Assembly (NCBI GenBank): GCA_963702425.1 | Contig: CAVPCQ010000036.1 | Coordinates: forward strand, 13,937 to 77,936 | DNA length: 64,000 nt | Direction: 5' to 3' | From: an uncultured Acidobacteriota bacterium | Lineage (GTDB): Bacteria > Acidobacteriota > Polarisedimenticolia > J045 | In this document: positions 30,126-39,277 of the stretch, piece after piece | How positions within the stretch are numbered: the stretch's first letter is position 1 | Layout: the number at the start of each line of letters is the position of its first letter | Notes under the pieces: model-generated | Seen by the model: only the letters and a program-made list of their open reading frames with translations | Told to the model about the DNA's origin: nothing | Databases searched by the model: none | Position numbers and translations under genes: made by a program

Positions 30126-30688
30126 GCACCCTCCTCCTCCTCGTCGGACTCGGACCTGTGCTCCTCCCCCGTCGGGTTGAGGCGCTTCATTACGTCGCGA
30201 TACGGCTTGATTCGACGCGGGTCGTCCACCTGCTGGCGGAACATGACCATTCCACGATTCGCATCGATGTCGATCACCTTGCCGTCATACACGATGTCGC
30301 CGACGCGCAGCGTGTAGCCCCGGTTGTCGGAGCCCTGGAACAGGGCGACCGGCACTCCGCGGGAATCGACCGCGAGACCCTTCAGCGCGATCTCGTTGAC
30401 GAGCATCCCGGCGATCCCCTTGGGGCGCTTGCCGGTCGACTCGACGTCCTTCTTCACGAGCGGTTCGAATGGATCGCGGCGGCCGCCCGGATCGTAGGAG
30501 AACTGCCGGCCAGTGATGACGGCCTCGCTCTCCACCTGGATCTGCTCGACCACCTGCTCGTTGGGCGAAAGTGGCGCGGCGGGGGCCTGCTTGGCCTCCT
30601 CCTGCGCGAACGCGAGCACGGCGGCGGCGATCAGGACGATCGCCAGCGCCAGGACGCGCCGGACCGAACCTCTGCTCTGCCCGGTCAC
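30122..30688 (-). CDS. pilP: PilP-like alignment protein
   Basis: YDPGGRRDPFEPL, LKGL, LRVGD..YDGKV; located between pilO and pilQ. Confidence 0.85.
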   Translation of the reverse strand: MTGQSRGSVRRVLALAIVLIAAAVLAFAQEEAKQAPAAPLSPNEQVVEQIQVESEAVITGRQFSYDPGGRRDPFEPLVKKDVESTGKRPKGIAGMLVNEIALKGLAVDSRGVPVALFQGSDNRGYTLRVGDIVYDGKVIDIDANRGMVMFRQQVDDPRRIKPYRDVMKRLNPTGEEHRSESDEEEEGA

Positions 30689-31284
30689 GCGTCACCTCCC
30701 TTCTTCTTCTCTTTCCCTTCTGTCTCGTCGCGGAAGACGTAGGTCTTGGCGACGAAGCTCGAGATGATCGTCGCGCGCACCTTGCGATCGTTGTTGGGCG
30801 TGATCTTCACGTTTTCGACGTTGATGATGCGCGCGTACTTGCTGACCCGGTCGAAGAACATCCCCAGCTGGTGGTAGTTGCCGTGGACCTCCATCCGGAT
30901 CGGCTGCTCACGCAGGAACTCCTGCTCCTGCGCGGACCCCGGCCCGAACACCCGCAGTTCGAGGTTCGTCTGGTCGGCGAGGGCCTTGATCCACTTGAGG
31001 AGGTCGCCCAGCTCGGGTTGCGTCGGGAGGATCTGGCGCAGGTCGGCCAGCTTGCGCTCGAGCGACGCGATGTCGCGCGCGAGCTCTTCCTGCTTGGCCA
31101 GCGCCTGCTTCCCTTTCGCGATCTCGGCGTCTTTCTTGTCCAGCGACTCCTTCAACCGCACGATCTCGGCTTTCTGCGCGGAGAGGTTCGCCGGCGCCCA
31201 CTTGTACTGGCTGAACACGATGAGGCCCGCGCCGGCAGCCGCCAGCCCGAGTTGACCCCACCACGGCAGGCTCTTGAAGGTCAT
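30685..31284 (-). CDS. pilO: T4P alignment protein PilO
   Basis: TM helix plus coiled coil, ILPTQPE, GNYHQLGMFFDRVSKYARII. Confidence 0.92.
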   Translation of the reverse strand: MTFKSLPWWGQLGLAAAGAGLIVFSQYKWAPANLSAQKAEIVRLKESLDKKDAEIAKGKQALAKQEELARDIASLERKLADLRQILPTQPELGDLLKWIKALADQTNLELRVFGPGSAQEQEFLREQPIRMEVHGNYHQLGMFFDRVSKYARIINVENVKITPNNDRKVRATIISSFVAKTYVFRDETEGKEKKKGGDA

Positions 31285-31286
31285 GG

Positions 31287-31910
31287 TCAGCTCCTCGGCG
31301 CCGCAGGTGGCGGGGGGGGCGCCGCTTCGCCGGTCGGCGCGGCGACCGGCCGGGGGCCGTCGTCGGGCGGGGGGGTGAAGCGGCACGAGAGTGCGAAGCT
31401 GACTCCCTGGGGCGCCCTCTGCGTGTTGCCGAGCGTGACGTCACTGAAGAACGGGGAGTCCTTCAGGTTGTTGTAGAAGTTGGACACGGCGTTGTAGTTG
31501 GTCGCCCGCCCCTTCAGGGACACGCCGGCGTCCTTCTCCTCCATCGACTCGAGCCAGAGGTAGTCCGGGACCTGGCGCGAGATCTGATCGAGGAGGTGGA
31601 CCGGCACGCGCTGCTGGCGCTTGAGGTTCGAGATCAGCTCAACCTTCTTCTCCAGCGACTTCTTCTTGACCTGGAACTCGTCGACCTGCTTGAGGACCTT
31701 CTTCAGGTTCTCGATCTGCTTGTCCGCGTCGGCGATGCGGGTCGTCAGCTCGCCGATCTGGCTCTTGTTGTCGACGTAGCGCCAGCCGATCCAGCCCAGC
31801 GACGCCAGGACGAGGGCCGCCGCGACCAGCCCGGTGCTTCCGCCCAGGTTGACCTTCGGCAGCTTCGACGGTTCCTTCTGCTTTCTCTCCAGCAGATTGA
31901 CGCGAATCAT
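31287..31910 (-). CDS. pilN: T4P alignment protein PilN
   Basis: MIRVNLL PilM-binding motif, TM helix, VPDYLWL, NLKDSPFF. Confidence 0.92.
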   Translation of the reverse strand: MIRVNLLERKQKEPSKLPKVNLGGSTGLVAAALVLASLGWIGWRYVDNKSQIGELTTRIADADKQIENLKKVLKQVDEFQVKKKSLEKKVELISNLKRQQRVPVHLLDQISRQVPDYLWLESMEEKDAGVSLKGRATNYNAVSNFYNNLKDSPFFSDVTLGNTQRAPQGVSFALSCRFTPPPDDGPRPVAAPTGEAAPPPPPAAPRS

Positions 31911-32971
31911 CGGTCACCCGCCTTCCTGAGCGCGAGGCCGACGGCGACCGCCGTCTCGGGCCCCGTCTCCGCGAACTGGCCCTCGAGACGGCTCGGCAGC
32001 TTCACCTTGCGGAACGGGTCGAGCATGTCGACCCGCACGCCGAACTGCTTTCCAAGCGCGTCCTGCAGGCCCGGGAGGCGAGCGCCGCCGCCGGTCAGGA
32101 GGATCGCCTGCAGCGGCGTCTCCGTCCCGGCGAAGGCCTTCACGAAGTCCACCGTGCGGTGGATCTCGTGGCATAGGTCGTCGTTCACCGACGCGAGGAT
32201 CGTCGCGACCTGCTCCATCGACACGCCCTCGATCGTCTCCATCCGCTTGGCCGCATCGGCCTGCTCGCGGGACAGATTGAGTTCGCGCTGGAGCGTCGCC
32301 GTGTACTGGTTGCCGCCGATCTGGATGTCACGCCAGAAGACCGACACGCCGTTCTGCAGGATGGCGATGCTGGTCACCGACGCGCCGATGTCGATCAGCG
32401 CGGCGTGCGCGGGCATCTCGGCACCGTAGTTCGCCTCGAGGCAGTTCAGCGCTGCGAACGTGCCGACGTCGACGACCACCGGATCGAGGCCCGCCTGGCT
32501 GATGACCGACGTGTAGTCGTCGATCTTCTCCTTGCGGGCCGCGACGAGGATGACGTCCATGTTCCCCTCGCCGGCCAGTGAGGAGCCCTCGAGCACGTGG
32601 TAGTCGAGCGACACCTCCTGGATGTTGAAGGGGATGTACTGCTCGGCTTCCCACCGGATCTGCTCGGCAAGCTCCTGCTCACCCATCGCCGGGAGGTTGA
32701 TGCGGCGGATGATCACGGAGTGTCCGGACAGCCCCGTCGCGACGCGCTTGTTCTTGATGCGCCGCTGGCTCCAGATCCGCTGGAGGGTGTCCACCACGAG
32801 GCCGGCGTCCATGATGGCGCCGTCGACGATCGCCTCGGGTGGAAGCGGCTCGTGGGCCATGGACTGGACTTCCCAGCCCCGGCCGCGGCCCAGCTCCTTG
32901 AGCTCTACGACCTTGATGGAGCTGTCGCCGATGTCGAGCCCCACGAGGTCCTTGGAACGGCCGAATTGCAT
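31907..32971 (-). CDS. pilM: T4P actin-like protein PilM
   Basis: VGLDIGDSSIKVVEL, EAEQYIPF, LIDIGA, LTGGGA. Confidence 0.95.
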   Translation of the reverse strand: MQFGRSKDLVGLDIGDSSIKVVELKELGRGRGWEVQSMAHEPLPPEAIVDGAIMDAGLVVDTLQRIWSQRRIKNKRVATGLSGHSVIIRRINLPAMGEQELAEQIRWEAEQYIPFNIQEVSLDYHVLEGSSLAGEGNMDVILVAARKEKIDDYTSVISQAGLDPVVVDVGTFAALNCLEANYGAEMPAHAALIDIGASVTSIAILQNGVSVFWRDIQIGGNQYTATLQRELNLSREQADAAKRMETIEGVSMEQVATILASVNDDLCHEIHRTVDFVKAFAGTETPLQAILLTGGGARLPGLQDALGKQFGVRVDMLDPFRKVKLPSRLEGQFAETGPETAVAVGLALRKAGDR

Positions 32972-33020
32972 TTCGGGCCTCCGCCTAGGCCGGACGGTCG
33001 GCCTCCCTCCGAACGGGGCG

Positions 33021-33050
33021 AAACTAACCGAGGTTTAGGCGCCAGGTCAA
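33021..33050 (-). promoter_or_regulatory. Putative sigma70 promoter of pilMNOPQ
   Basis: Minus strand TTGACC-N18-TAGTTT. Confidence 0.5.
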
Positions 33051-33292
33051 GGAGTAATGCGGACAGTTTCGGACCCTTTTCGCCGGTTCCGAACCCCGCG
33101 AGCCGCTCCTTGCGCCTGGCCCTTCCTCCGTTCACCCCGTGGGAGGCAGCCTGCCGCCGCCACCGCACGGTTGTGGACCGACCTCGCTTCCCGGCGGCGA
33201 TGCTGCCCCCTGTCCGCCGGAAGCCGAGCCGGCCCCCTCGCCGCGAATATAGGTCCCGAGATCGACCGGGCAAGCTTCCGGACGAGCGCGAG

Positions 33293-33321
33293 TTGACCGG
33301 CCGGGATGCGCCATCTAAGAT
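33293..33321 (+). promoter_or_regulatory. Putative sigma70 promoter of rpmB
   Basis: TTGACC-N17-TAAGAT. Confidence 0.65.
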
Positions 33322-33366
33322 CACCCGGTTTGCGGCGGCCCGTTCCGGCCGCGGAGGTGTCCCGTC

Positions 33367-33564
33367 ATGGCCCGCATGTGTGACGTTTGCGGCAAGAAGC
33401 CGGTGTCCGGCAACACGATCAGCCACGCCCACAACGTGACCAAGCGGCGCTTCATGCCGAATCTTCAGAATGTCCGGGTGGTCACCGAGAACGGAACCCC
33501 GAAGCGAGCCACGGTCTGCACCCGCTGCCTGCGCTCCGGCAAGGTCGCCAAGCGCGTCTCCTGA
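33367..33564 (+). CDS. rpmB: 50S ribosomal protein L28 (zinc-binding form)
   Basis: [34 protein letters not shown]...CTRC, GGAGG SD. Confidence 0.97.
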   Translation: MARMCDVCGKKPVSGNTISHAHNVTKRRFMPNLQNVRVVTENGTPKRATVCTRCLRSGKVAKRVS

Positions 33565-33731
33565 TCCGCCGGTAGGCCACGCGCTGTCCGGTCCGGCCCC
33601 GCCCCGCCCCGCCCCCCTCCAGCCCCGGGAAGCCCCGCATCGGCGCCGAGCGGCCCCGCAGGGAACCGCTCCGCCGGGGCCCCGCCCGACCACCCCCGGC
33701 TCGGGTCCCCCTCCGGCCCTGGAAAAGCGAA

Positions 33732-33762
33732 ACGCGGGCCCGGGGCGCGCCCGGGCCCGCGT
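33732..33762 (-). terminator. Intrinsic terminator of the tonB-exbBD operon (possibly bidirectional)
   Basis: 13-bp stem ACGCGGGCCCGGG/CCCGGGCCCGCGT followed on the minus strand by TTCGCTTTT. Confidence 0.7.
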
Positions 33763-33779
33763 CGCAAGAGGAGGTCGGT

Positions 33780-34289
33780 CTACTCGGTGCCGCCGCCGGC
33801 CGTGTGGGCGATCCCCGAGTCCTTCACCAGCGCGACCTTCAGGTCCTCGCCGGCGCCGTTCTTGGCGATGTCGAGGATCCGCATCACGGCCTCGTAGTTG
33901 AGCTTCTCCTCGGCCGCGAGGAAAACCACCTTGTCGGCCTTCTTCCGGTTGCGGAAGACCTCGTCCATCTTGCGGGCGAGCTCCTCGATCCGGACGACGT
34001 CCTTGTTGATGCGCACCGTACAGCCCGGGGGCAAGCCCGGCTGCATGAGCGGGGTGGCGATCTTGCACTCTTCCTCGGTGACCGAGAGGATGACCTGCAT
34101 GGCGAGTATCTCCGGGGTCGGCGGGACGATGTTCTTCTCCTCGCGGGGGACCTCGAGGTCGTAGCCGCGCTGGGCCAGGGGCGTCACGACCATGAAGATG
34201 ATCAGCAGCACCAGTACCACGTCGACGAGCGGCGTGATGTTGATGTCCGACTTGACGCCCTTCTTGCTGCCACCGACATCCATTCCCAT
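33780..34289 (-). CDS. exbD: ExbD/TolR family protein (copy 2)
   Basis: INITPLVDVVLVLLIIFMV. Confidence 0.92.
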   Translation of the reverse strand: MGMDVGGSKKGVKSDINITPLVDVVLVLLIIFMVVTPLAQRGYDLEVPREEKNIVPPTPEILAMQVILSVTEEECKIATPLMQPGLPPGCTVRINKDVVRIEELARKMDEVFRNRKKADKVVFLAAEEKLNYEAVMRILDIAKNGAGEDLKVALVKDSGIAHTAGGGTE

Positions 34290-34316
34290 CGGATCACCCC
34301 AGTCCCGGGCCGCAGC

Positions 34317-34775
34317 CTAGGACGACTTCTTCTCGGTGATCAGGCCCACGTTGCGGAAACCCGCGTTCCTGATCTTGAACACCACGTCCTTCACGTCGCC
34401 GAAAGTGAGTCGAGCGTCGGCCTTGACCACCACGGTCCCCGCCGGGTTGCGCTCGTAAGCTTCCTTGATCTTCGGATCGAAGTCTCGAAGGAGCATCCTC
34501 TCCTTCTCGATGTAGATCGGGTTGTTCTTCGTCACGGAACTGTCGTAGGCGATCACCACCATGATCTGGGACTTCTCGTCGGGCTTCTTGTCCGGGTTGT
34601 CGGTGATCGGGAGTTTCACCGACTGGCCCTTCTGGAGCATCGGCGTGACGACCATGAAGATGATGAGCAGGACCAGCACCACGTCGACGAGCGGCGTGAT
34701 GTTGATGTCCGACTTGACGGCACCCGCCTTCAGCGGCGCGCCGGGGCCGGCACCGCTGCTAACCTGCATGCCCAT
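34317..34775 (-). CDS. exbD: ExbD/TolR family protein (copy 1)
   Basis: INITPLVDVVLVLLIIFMV, KADARL. Confidence 0.92.
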   Translation of the reverse strand: MGMQVSSGAGPGAPLKAGAVKSDINITPLVDVVLVLLIIFMVVTPMLQKGQSVKLPITDNPDKKPDEKSQIMVVIAYDSSVTKNNPIYIEKERMLLRDFDPKIKEAYERNPAGTVVVKADARLTFGDVKDVVFKIRNAGFRNVGLITEKKSS

Positions 34776-35427
34776 GGCGCTTCACGATGAAGTCGATCAG
34801 CTCGGACGAGGCGTTGGTCATCTCGACCTGGAACCGCTCGAGCCGCTCGGTGAAGTAGTTGAAGAGCACGACCGCGAGGATCGCCACGCCGATCCCGACG
34901 CCGGTGGTGATCAGCGCCTCGGCGATACCAGCGGACACCGCGGCGAGACCGCCCGAGCCGGCGGTGGCGATACCATGGAACGCGTTGATGATGCCGAACA
35001 CCGTCCCGAACAGGCCGATGAAGGGGGACGTCGTGGCGATCGTTCCCAGGCCGCCCAGGCCCTTGCGCAGCTCGGCCGAGGTCACGGCCATCGCCATGTC
35101 GAGGGCGCGGCGGGTCGAATCGAGCATCACGAGCTCGCCCTGGTCCTTGGTCGACTGGTACTCCAGGAGTCCGGACGACACCACCTTGGCGATGTGCGCC
35201 TTGTTGAACTTCTTGGACGAGTCGATCGCCTCCTGGATCTTCCCCTGCTTGAGGTAGTTGACCAGGTGGGGCAGGTACTCGGTCGACTGCTTCCGCGACG
35301 CGTTGTAAGCGAGGAACTTCTCGACCGCGACCTTGAGGGTCCAGATGGAGCACAGCACGAGGATGACGATCACCCCCTTTGCGATGTATCCGGACGACTG
35401 CCACATGCTGATGAGATCGAAAGTCAT
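34759..35427 (-). CDS. exbB: ExbB/TolQ/MotA proton channel
   Basis: LGTIATTSPFIGLFGTVFGI, GIAEALITTG. Confidence 0.93.
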   Translation of the reverse strand: MTFDLISMWQSSGYIAKGVIVILVLCSIWTLKVAVEKFLAYNASRKQSTEYLPHLVNYLKQGKIQEAIDSSKKFNKAHIAKVVSSGLLEYQSTKDQGELVMLDSTRRALDMAMAVTSAELRKGLGGLGTIATTSPFIGLFGTVFGIINAFHGIATAGSGGLAAVSAGIAEALITTGVGIGVAILAVVLFNYFTERLERFQVEMTNASSELIDFIVKRHGHAG

Positions 35428-35488
35428 GACGGGCTCTCCTCTTGCAGATGCTCTCGCTCGTGCTCTCTGAACCGCTCTTGCCCAGCGG

Positions 35489-36235
35489 TCAGTCCAGGGT
35501 GAAGTTCACGACCACCGTGAAATAGACCGCGACGGGCTTCCCTTCGAGCGTCGCGGGCTTGTACTTCCAGCGCTTTACAGCAGAGATCGCCGAATCATCG
35601 AGCAGCGGGTGCGACTTCAGCACCTTCACGTCGACGACGTCGCCGCGCTCGTTGATGACGGCCTGCAGGATGACCTTGCCCGTGACCCGGGCCCGCCGGG
35701 CCATTTCGGGGTACTCGGGGTCGATCTTGGTGACCAGCACGGGAGCCTGGACGTTGCCGACGACCAGCATCGGCTCGTTCTCGGTCCCGCCCTCGCCACC
35801 GAGCACGCCCCCGGCCACGCCGCCGAGCACGCCGCCGGGCACGCCGCCGGGCACGCCGCCCTCGACACCGCCCTCGACGCCGCCTTCGACGCCGAACTCG
35901 TCACCGCCGCCCGAGTTCTCCTCGATCTTGATGTCCTTGGGAACCTCCTGCGGCTGGACCAGTTCGTTCGGCTGGGTCGGCGTGATGTCGACGGTCTTCG
36001 GCGCGGAGGACGCCTTGGGAGGAGGCGGCGGAGGAGGAGGAGGAGGAGGAGGCGCGGACATGCCGACGAAGGTCAGCATCATGTCGGGATCCTGCACCGC
36101 CTCGACCACGAGGAACGAGGCCAGGATCACGCCGCCGATCAGGACCGCGTGGACGAGCAGCGCGAGCGGGAAGCTCCACCACTTCCCCTTGTCCATGCCG
36201 CCTTTGCGACTGTCGAGCATGTTGTTATCGAACAT
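35489..36235 (-). CDS. tonB: Energy transducer TonB
   Basis: TM helix with His (LALLVHAV), poly-Pro run, GGVxGG repeats, TonB_C (PEYPEMAR...WKYKPA). Confidence 0.92.
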   Translation of the reverse strand: MFDNNMLDSRKGGMDKGKWWSFPLALLVHAVLIGGVILASFLVVEAVQDPDMMLTFVGMSAPPPPPPPPPPPPKASSAPKTVDITPTQPNELVQPQEVPKDIKIEENSGGGDEFGVEGGVEGGVEGGVPGGVPGGVLGGVAGGVLGGEGGTENEPMLVVGNVQAPVLVTKIDPEYPEMARRARVTGKVILQAVINERGDVVDVKVLKSHPLLDDSAISAVKRWKYKPATLEGKPVAVYFTVVVNFTLD

Positions 36236-36259
36236 ATCGGTCCCTCGGCCGCGCCCGCG

Positions 36260-37117
36260 TCAGGCGCCGGCGCCCGCCTTGCTCTTCTCGGCTTCGATCT
36301 GCTTCTTACGCGCGGCCGCGGCCCGATCCTTGAAGCCGTTGGCAATCGTCATTTCCGCCTGCGCTTCCTCCAGGCGGTTCTGGCGCCCCAGGACGGCGGC
36401 TTTCTCGCGGTGGAGCAGGTTGGCGTAGACCAGCGCGTCGAAGTAGTCCGGATCGATCGCGATCGCCTTGTCGAACGCCGCGAGACCTTCCGGAATCAGG
36501 GTCGCCTCGCGCTCGCTGTCGGAAACCATCTCCTTCCCCTTGTACGAGCGCTCCCAGGCCACGACGCCCACGGTGTACCAGGCTTCCTTGTTCTTGGGGT
36601 CGAGCGCCGCGCGCTTCGTGAAGTACTTCCAGGCGCTGGGGAAGTCACCCTTCTTCGCGTACAGATTGGCCAGCTGGAGAACCGTTTCCGTGTTGTTGGG
36701 GTCCTTGGCCAGCTCCTTCTCCATGAACGCGATCGCCTTGTCGCTCATCTCGGCCGACGCAAGCAGCGAGAGGTAGTACTTCACCACCCGGTCCTGGGTC
36801 TCCGCGTCCGGCGCCTTGAGCGTCATCAGCTTCTCGAGGTACTCGATCGACTGGGTCGCATACTCCTTGTCCTTCGGGTGCGTCGAACCGGGGTGGTACA
36901 TCGCGAGGTTGGACATCGCGACCTGGTAGGTCGCGGTGTAGTTGCCCGGATCCATGACGAGGATTTCCTTGTACTTCTTGATCGCCTCGTCGTACTTCTG
37001 GGCCTTATAGAGCTCGTGACCCTTCTTCATCGTCATGCGCTCGCGCAGGCCCTGGCATCCAGGCGCGAAAACGAGCAGCACCCCGAGAACGAGAACGGCC
37101 ACCAGACTGCGCCTCAT
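36260..37117 (-). CDS. TPR-repeat lipoprotein
   Basis: GGAGG SD, lipobox APG-C, multiple TPRs (DPNN, DPKNKEAWY, DPDYFDA). Confidence 0.85.
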   Translation of the reverse strand: MRRSLVAVLVLGVLLVFAPGCQGLRERMTMKKGHELYKAQKYDEAIKKYKEILVMDPGNYTATYQVAMSNLAMYHPGSTHPKDKEYATQSIEYLEKLMTLKAPDAETQDRVVKYYLSLLASAEMSDKAIAFMEKELAKDPNNTETVLQLANLYAKKGDFPSAWKYFTKRAALDPKNKEAWYTVGVVAWERSYKGKEMVSDSEREATLIPEGLAAFDKAIAIDPDYFDALVYANLLHREKAAVLGRQNRLEEAQAEMTIANGFKDRAAAARKKQIEAEKSKAGAGA

Positions 37118-37761
37118 GCGTCACCTCCTGCGCCGCGCCAAGGCGGCCGGCAGGCCCACGTGTCGGGCGAAGGCGGGGACTCGCCGCTCGATCGTCTCCC
37201 GGTCGGCGGATCGCGCCGCGGCCCGGGAGTCCACTCGATGGCCGGCGAGCCTGGCTTCGCGATGTCCCTCGTTCGTTCCATGGCCGGAAGCAGCGTGCCT
37301 CCCGAACCGGCTGCGAGCCCAGCGAACCCCGGCAATCCCGCTGCTGGCGCCCCGCATGCGCCGAGCAATCGAAGCCGGCGCCGGAGGGGTTCGGCGACCG
37401 CGGGTCGGGAGGCCGTGCAACCCGCTGCGCGGCGGCCCAGCGGCGCGAGAGGATACCACTGAACCTCAGCATCCCGCTGGTTCGAATCGCCCAGGCGACC
37501 GTTCATCGACCGACTGCGCCTCGCCGGCGGGTCCGGCCGCCGCCGCGGATTCGTTCGGTTTCGTGTGCCCTTCAACGAACAGAGAGGAGTCTTTCGGGGC
37601 GTTGAGTGAATAAATTGTGAGTCACTTCGTATCGATCCGCAAGCGCTTCGGGGCTCGAATCAGGCTCTCGGGGGGAGCCGGGTTGCGGCACTCGACCCGG
37701 GTCAATCGTTCTGCCGGCCGCGGTCGGACCGGGAGATCACGGCCTCGGTCTCGAGCCCGCG

Positions 37762-38103
37762 TCAGGCCGTGAAAGACGCCACGGCCTCGTCGACGGAGTC
37801 GAAGATCTTGAAAACGAGGAACAGCTTGGTCAGGGTGAAGAGATCGTTGATGCGCGGGTTCAGCGCGGCCAGCTTGATCTCGCCCCCCTTCTCCGACACC
37901 GACTTGTGGCAGCCCACGACCTCGCCGAGCCCGGCGCTGTCCATGAAGTTCACGCCCGCCATGTCGATGACGATCTGCCGCTTCCCCTCGTCGAGCTGCG
38001 AGCGGACGGCATCGCGCAGCGCCACGTCCCCCTGGTTGATCCGGATGTCGCCATGGGGGGTGATGATCGTCGTGTTGCCCTTTTGGGAGTAGTCGATCCT
38101 CAT
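37762..38103 (-). CDS. STAS-domain anti-anti-sigma factor (RsbV/SpoIIAA-like)
   Basis: IVIDMAGVNFMDSAGLG contains the phosphorylatable Ser. Confidence 0.92.
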   Translation of the reverse strand: MRIDYSQKGNTTIITPHGDIRINQGDVALRDAVRSQLDEGKRQIVIDMAGVNFMDSAGLGEVVGCHKSVSEKGGEIKLAALNPRINDLFTLTKLFLVFKIFDSVDEAVASFTA

Positions 38104-38271
38104 GCTCTCGGCCTCCGAAGTGACGGTCGGAGATCATAGCCCGAAACGGGCCCGGCGGCGCCCGACAGGCCCGGCCGTCGCGGGGAGCCCCCCGCGGGCC
38201 CCGGGCCGCGCCCGGGCGCAGCCTTGAAACCCGGCGGCGACCGGATGATCATCGGCGGAAAGGAGGGTTCC

Positions 38272-38850
38272 GTGCGCTTTCGCCTGGTTGCCGGCTTCCT
38301 GCTGCTGCTCGGCGCGCTCGCCGCGGCCGCCTGCTCGTCCCCCCCGCCGCCGACCACCGCCGAGCGTACGGTCAACGACGAGGGGCTCGGGATCCGGTAC
38401 ACGATCCCCGAGCAGTGGTCGCCGTTCCTGGACGAGGTCCGTTCGCCGGGCGGCACGGTCTGGGAGCTCAAGACCAAGTCGCTGGAGGACGCGGAGAAGA
38501 CCTTCCTCGCCGCGCTCCCGCGGAGCATCCTGCCGCAGCTCGTCGGCTGGACCGAGTTCTTCTACAAGCGCAACGGCGAGCCCGCGCTGACCGACCTCGT
38601 GATCGGCGGCCACCCCGCACTCGAGGCGGTCTTCCCGGTTCTGGTCCGCCCCGGCGACCCACCGACCGCCGTCGCCTACTGGGCGGTCCGGCACGGCGAC
38701 ACGCTTTACGCTTTCCGGGCCGGCTTCCCACCGGGCCGCGAGGCCCTCGATCTCCCGGCCCTGCGGCAGATGATGCTGGGGCTGACCTTCCTCCACCCCG
38801 AGCCGCCGCCCGCCGCCGCCGAGAGTGCGCCGGGCCAGCTCGTCCAGTAG
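38272..38850 (+). CDS. Hypothetical lipoprotein
   Basis: AGGAGG SD then GTG at 38272; lipobox AAA-C. Confidence 0.7.
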   Translation: MRFRLVAGFLLLLGALAAAACSSPPPPTTAERTVNDEGLGIRYTIPEQWSPFLDEVRSPGGTVWELKTKSLEDAEKTFLAALPRSILPQLVGWTEFFYKRNGEPALTDLVIGGHPALEAVFPVLVRPGDPPTAVAYWAVRHGDTLYAFRAGFPPGREALDLPALRQMMLGLTFLHPEPPPAAAESAPGQLVQ

Positions 38851-38859
38851 CCGAGGGGG

Positions 38860-39243
38860 CTAGTCGAGGACCGCGATCGCGTCGATCTCGATCCGCGCGT
38901 CGCGCGGCAGGCGCGCCGCTTGCACCGTCGAACGCGCCGGCCGGTGCGCGCCGAAGACCTCCTCGTAGGCGCCGTTCATCGCCGCAAAGTCGGCCATGTC
39001 GGCCAGGTAGACGGTGGTCTTCACGACCTGCGAGAGGCCCGAGCCCGCCGCCTCGAGAACCGCGGCGAGATTGGCCAGGACGCGACGGGTCTGAACCGCC
39101 ACGTCGCCAGCCACGAACTGGCCCGTTCCCGGGTCGAGCGGGAGCTGTCCCGAGCAGAAGACGAACCCCCCGGCGACGAGCGCCTGGACGTAGGGACCGA
39201 TGGCCTGCGGGGCCTTGTTCGTCGCGATCGGATTCATCGTCAT
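38860..39243 (-). CDS. ridA: RidA family enamine/imine deaminase
   Basis: APQAIGPYVQA, SGQ, VVKTTVYL, PARSTV, IEIDAIA. Confidence 0.95.
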   Translation of the reverse strand: MTMNPIATNKAPQAIGPYVQALVAGGFVFCSGQLPLDPGTGQFVAGDVAVQTRRVLANLAAVLEAAGSGLSQVVKTTVYLADMADFAAMNGAYEEVFGAHRPARSTVQAARLPRDARIEIDAIAVLD

Positions 39244-39277
39244 GCCGAGTCTCCCTCGTTCGCTTCATCGCTCCGGA

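Noticed and set aside
35800-36055. GGA and GGVxGG tandem repeats
   Set aside because: They encode the normal poly-Pro and Gly-rich spacer of TonB; not a CRISPR array or contingency locus.
37476-37495. GGTTCGAATC tRNA T-loop-like motif
   Set aside because: No T-stem pairing, cloverleaf or CCA end.
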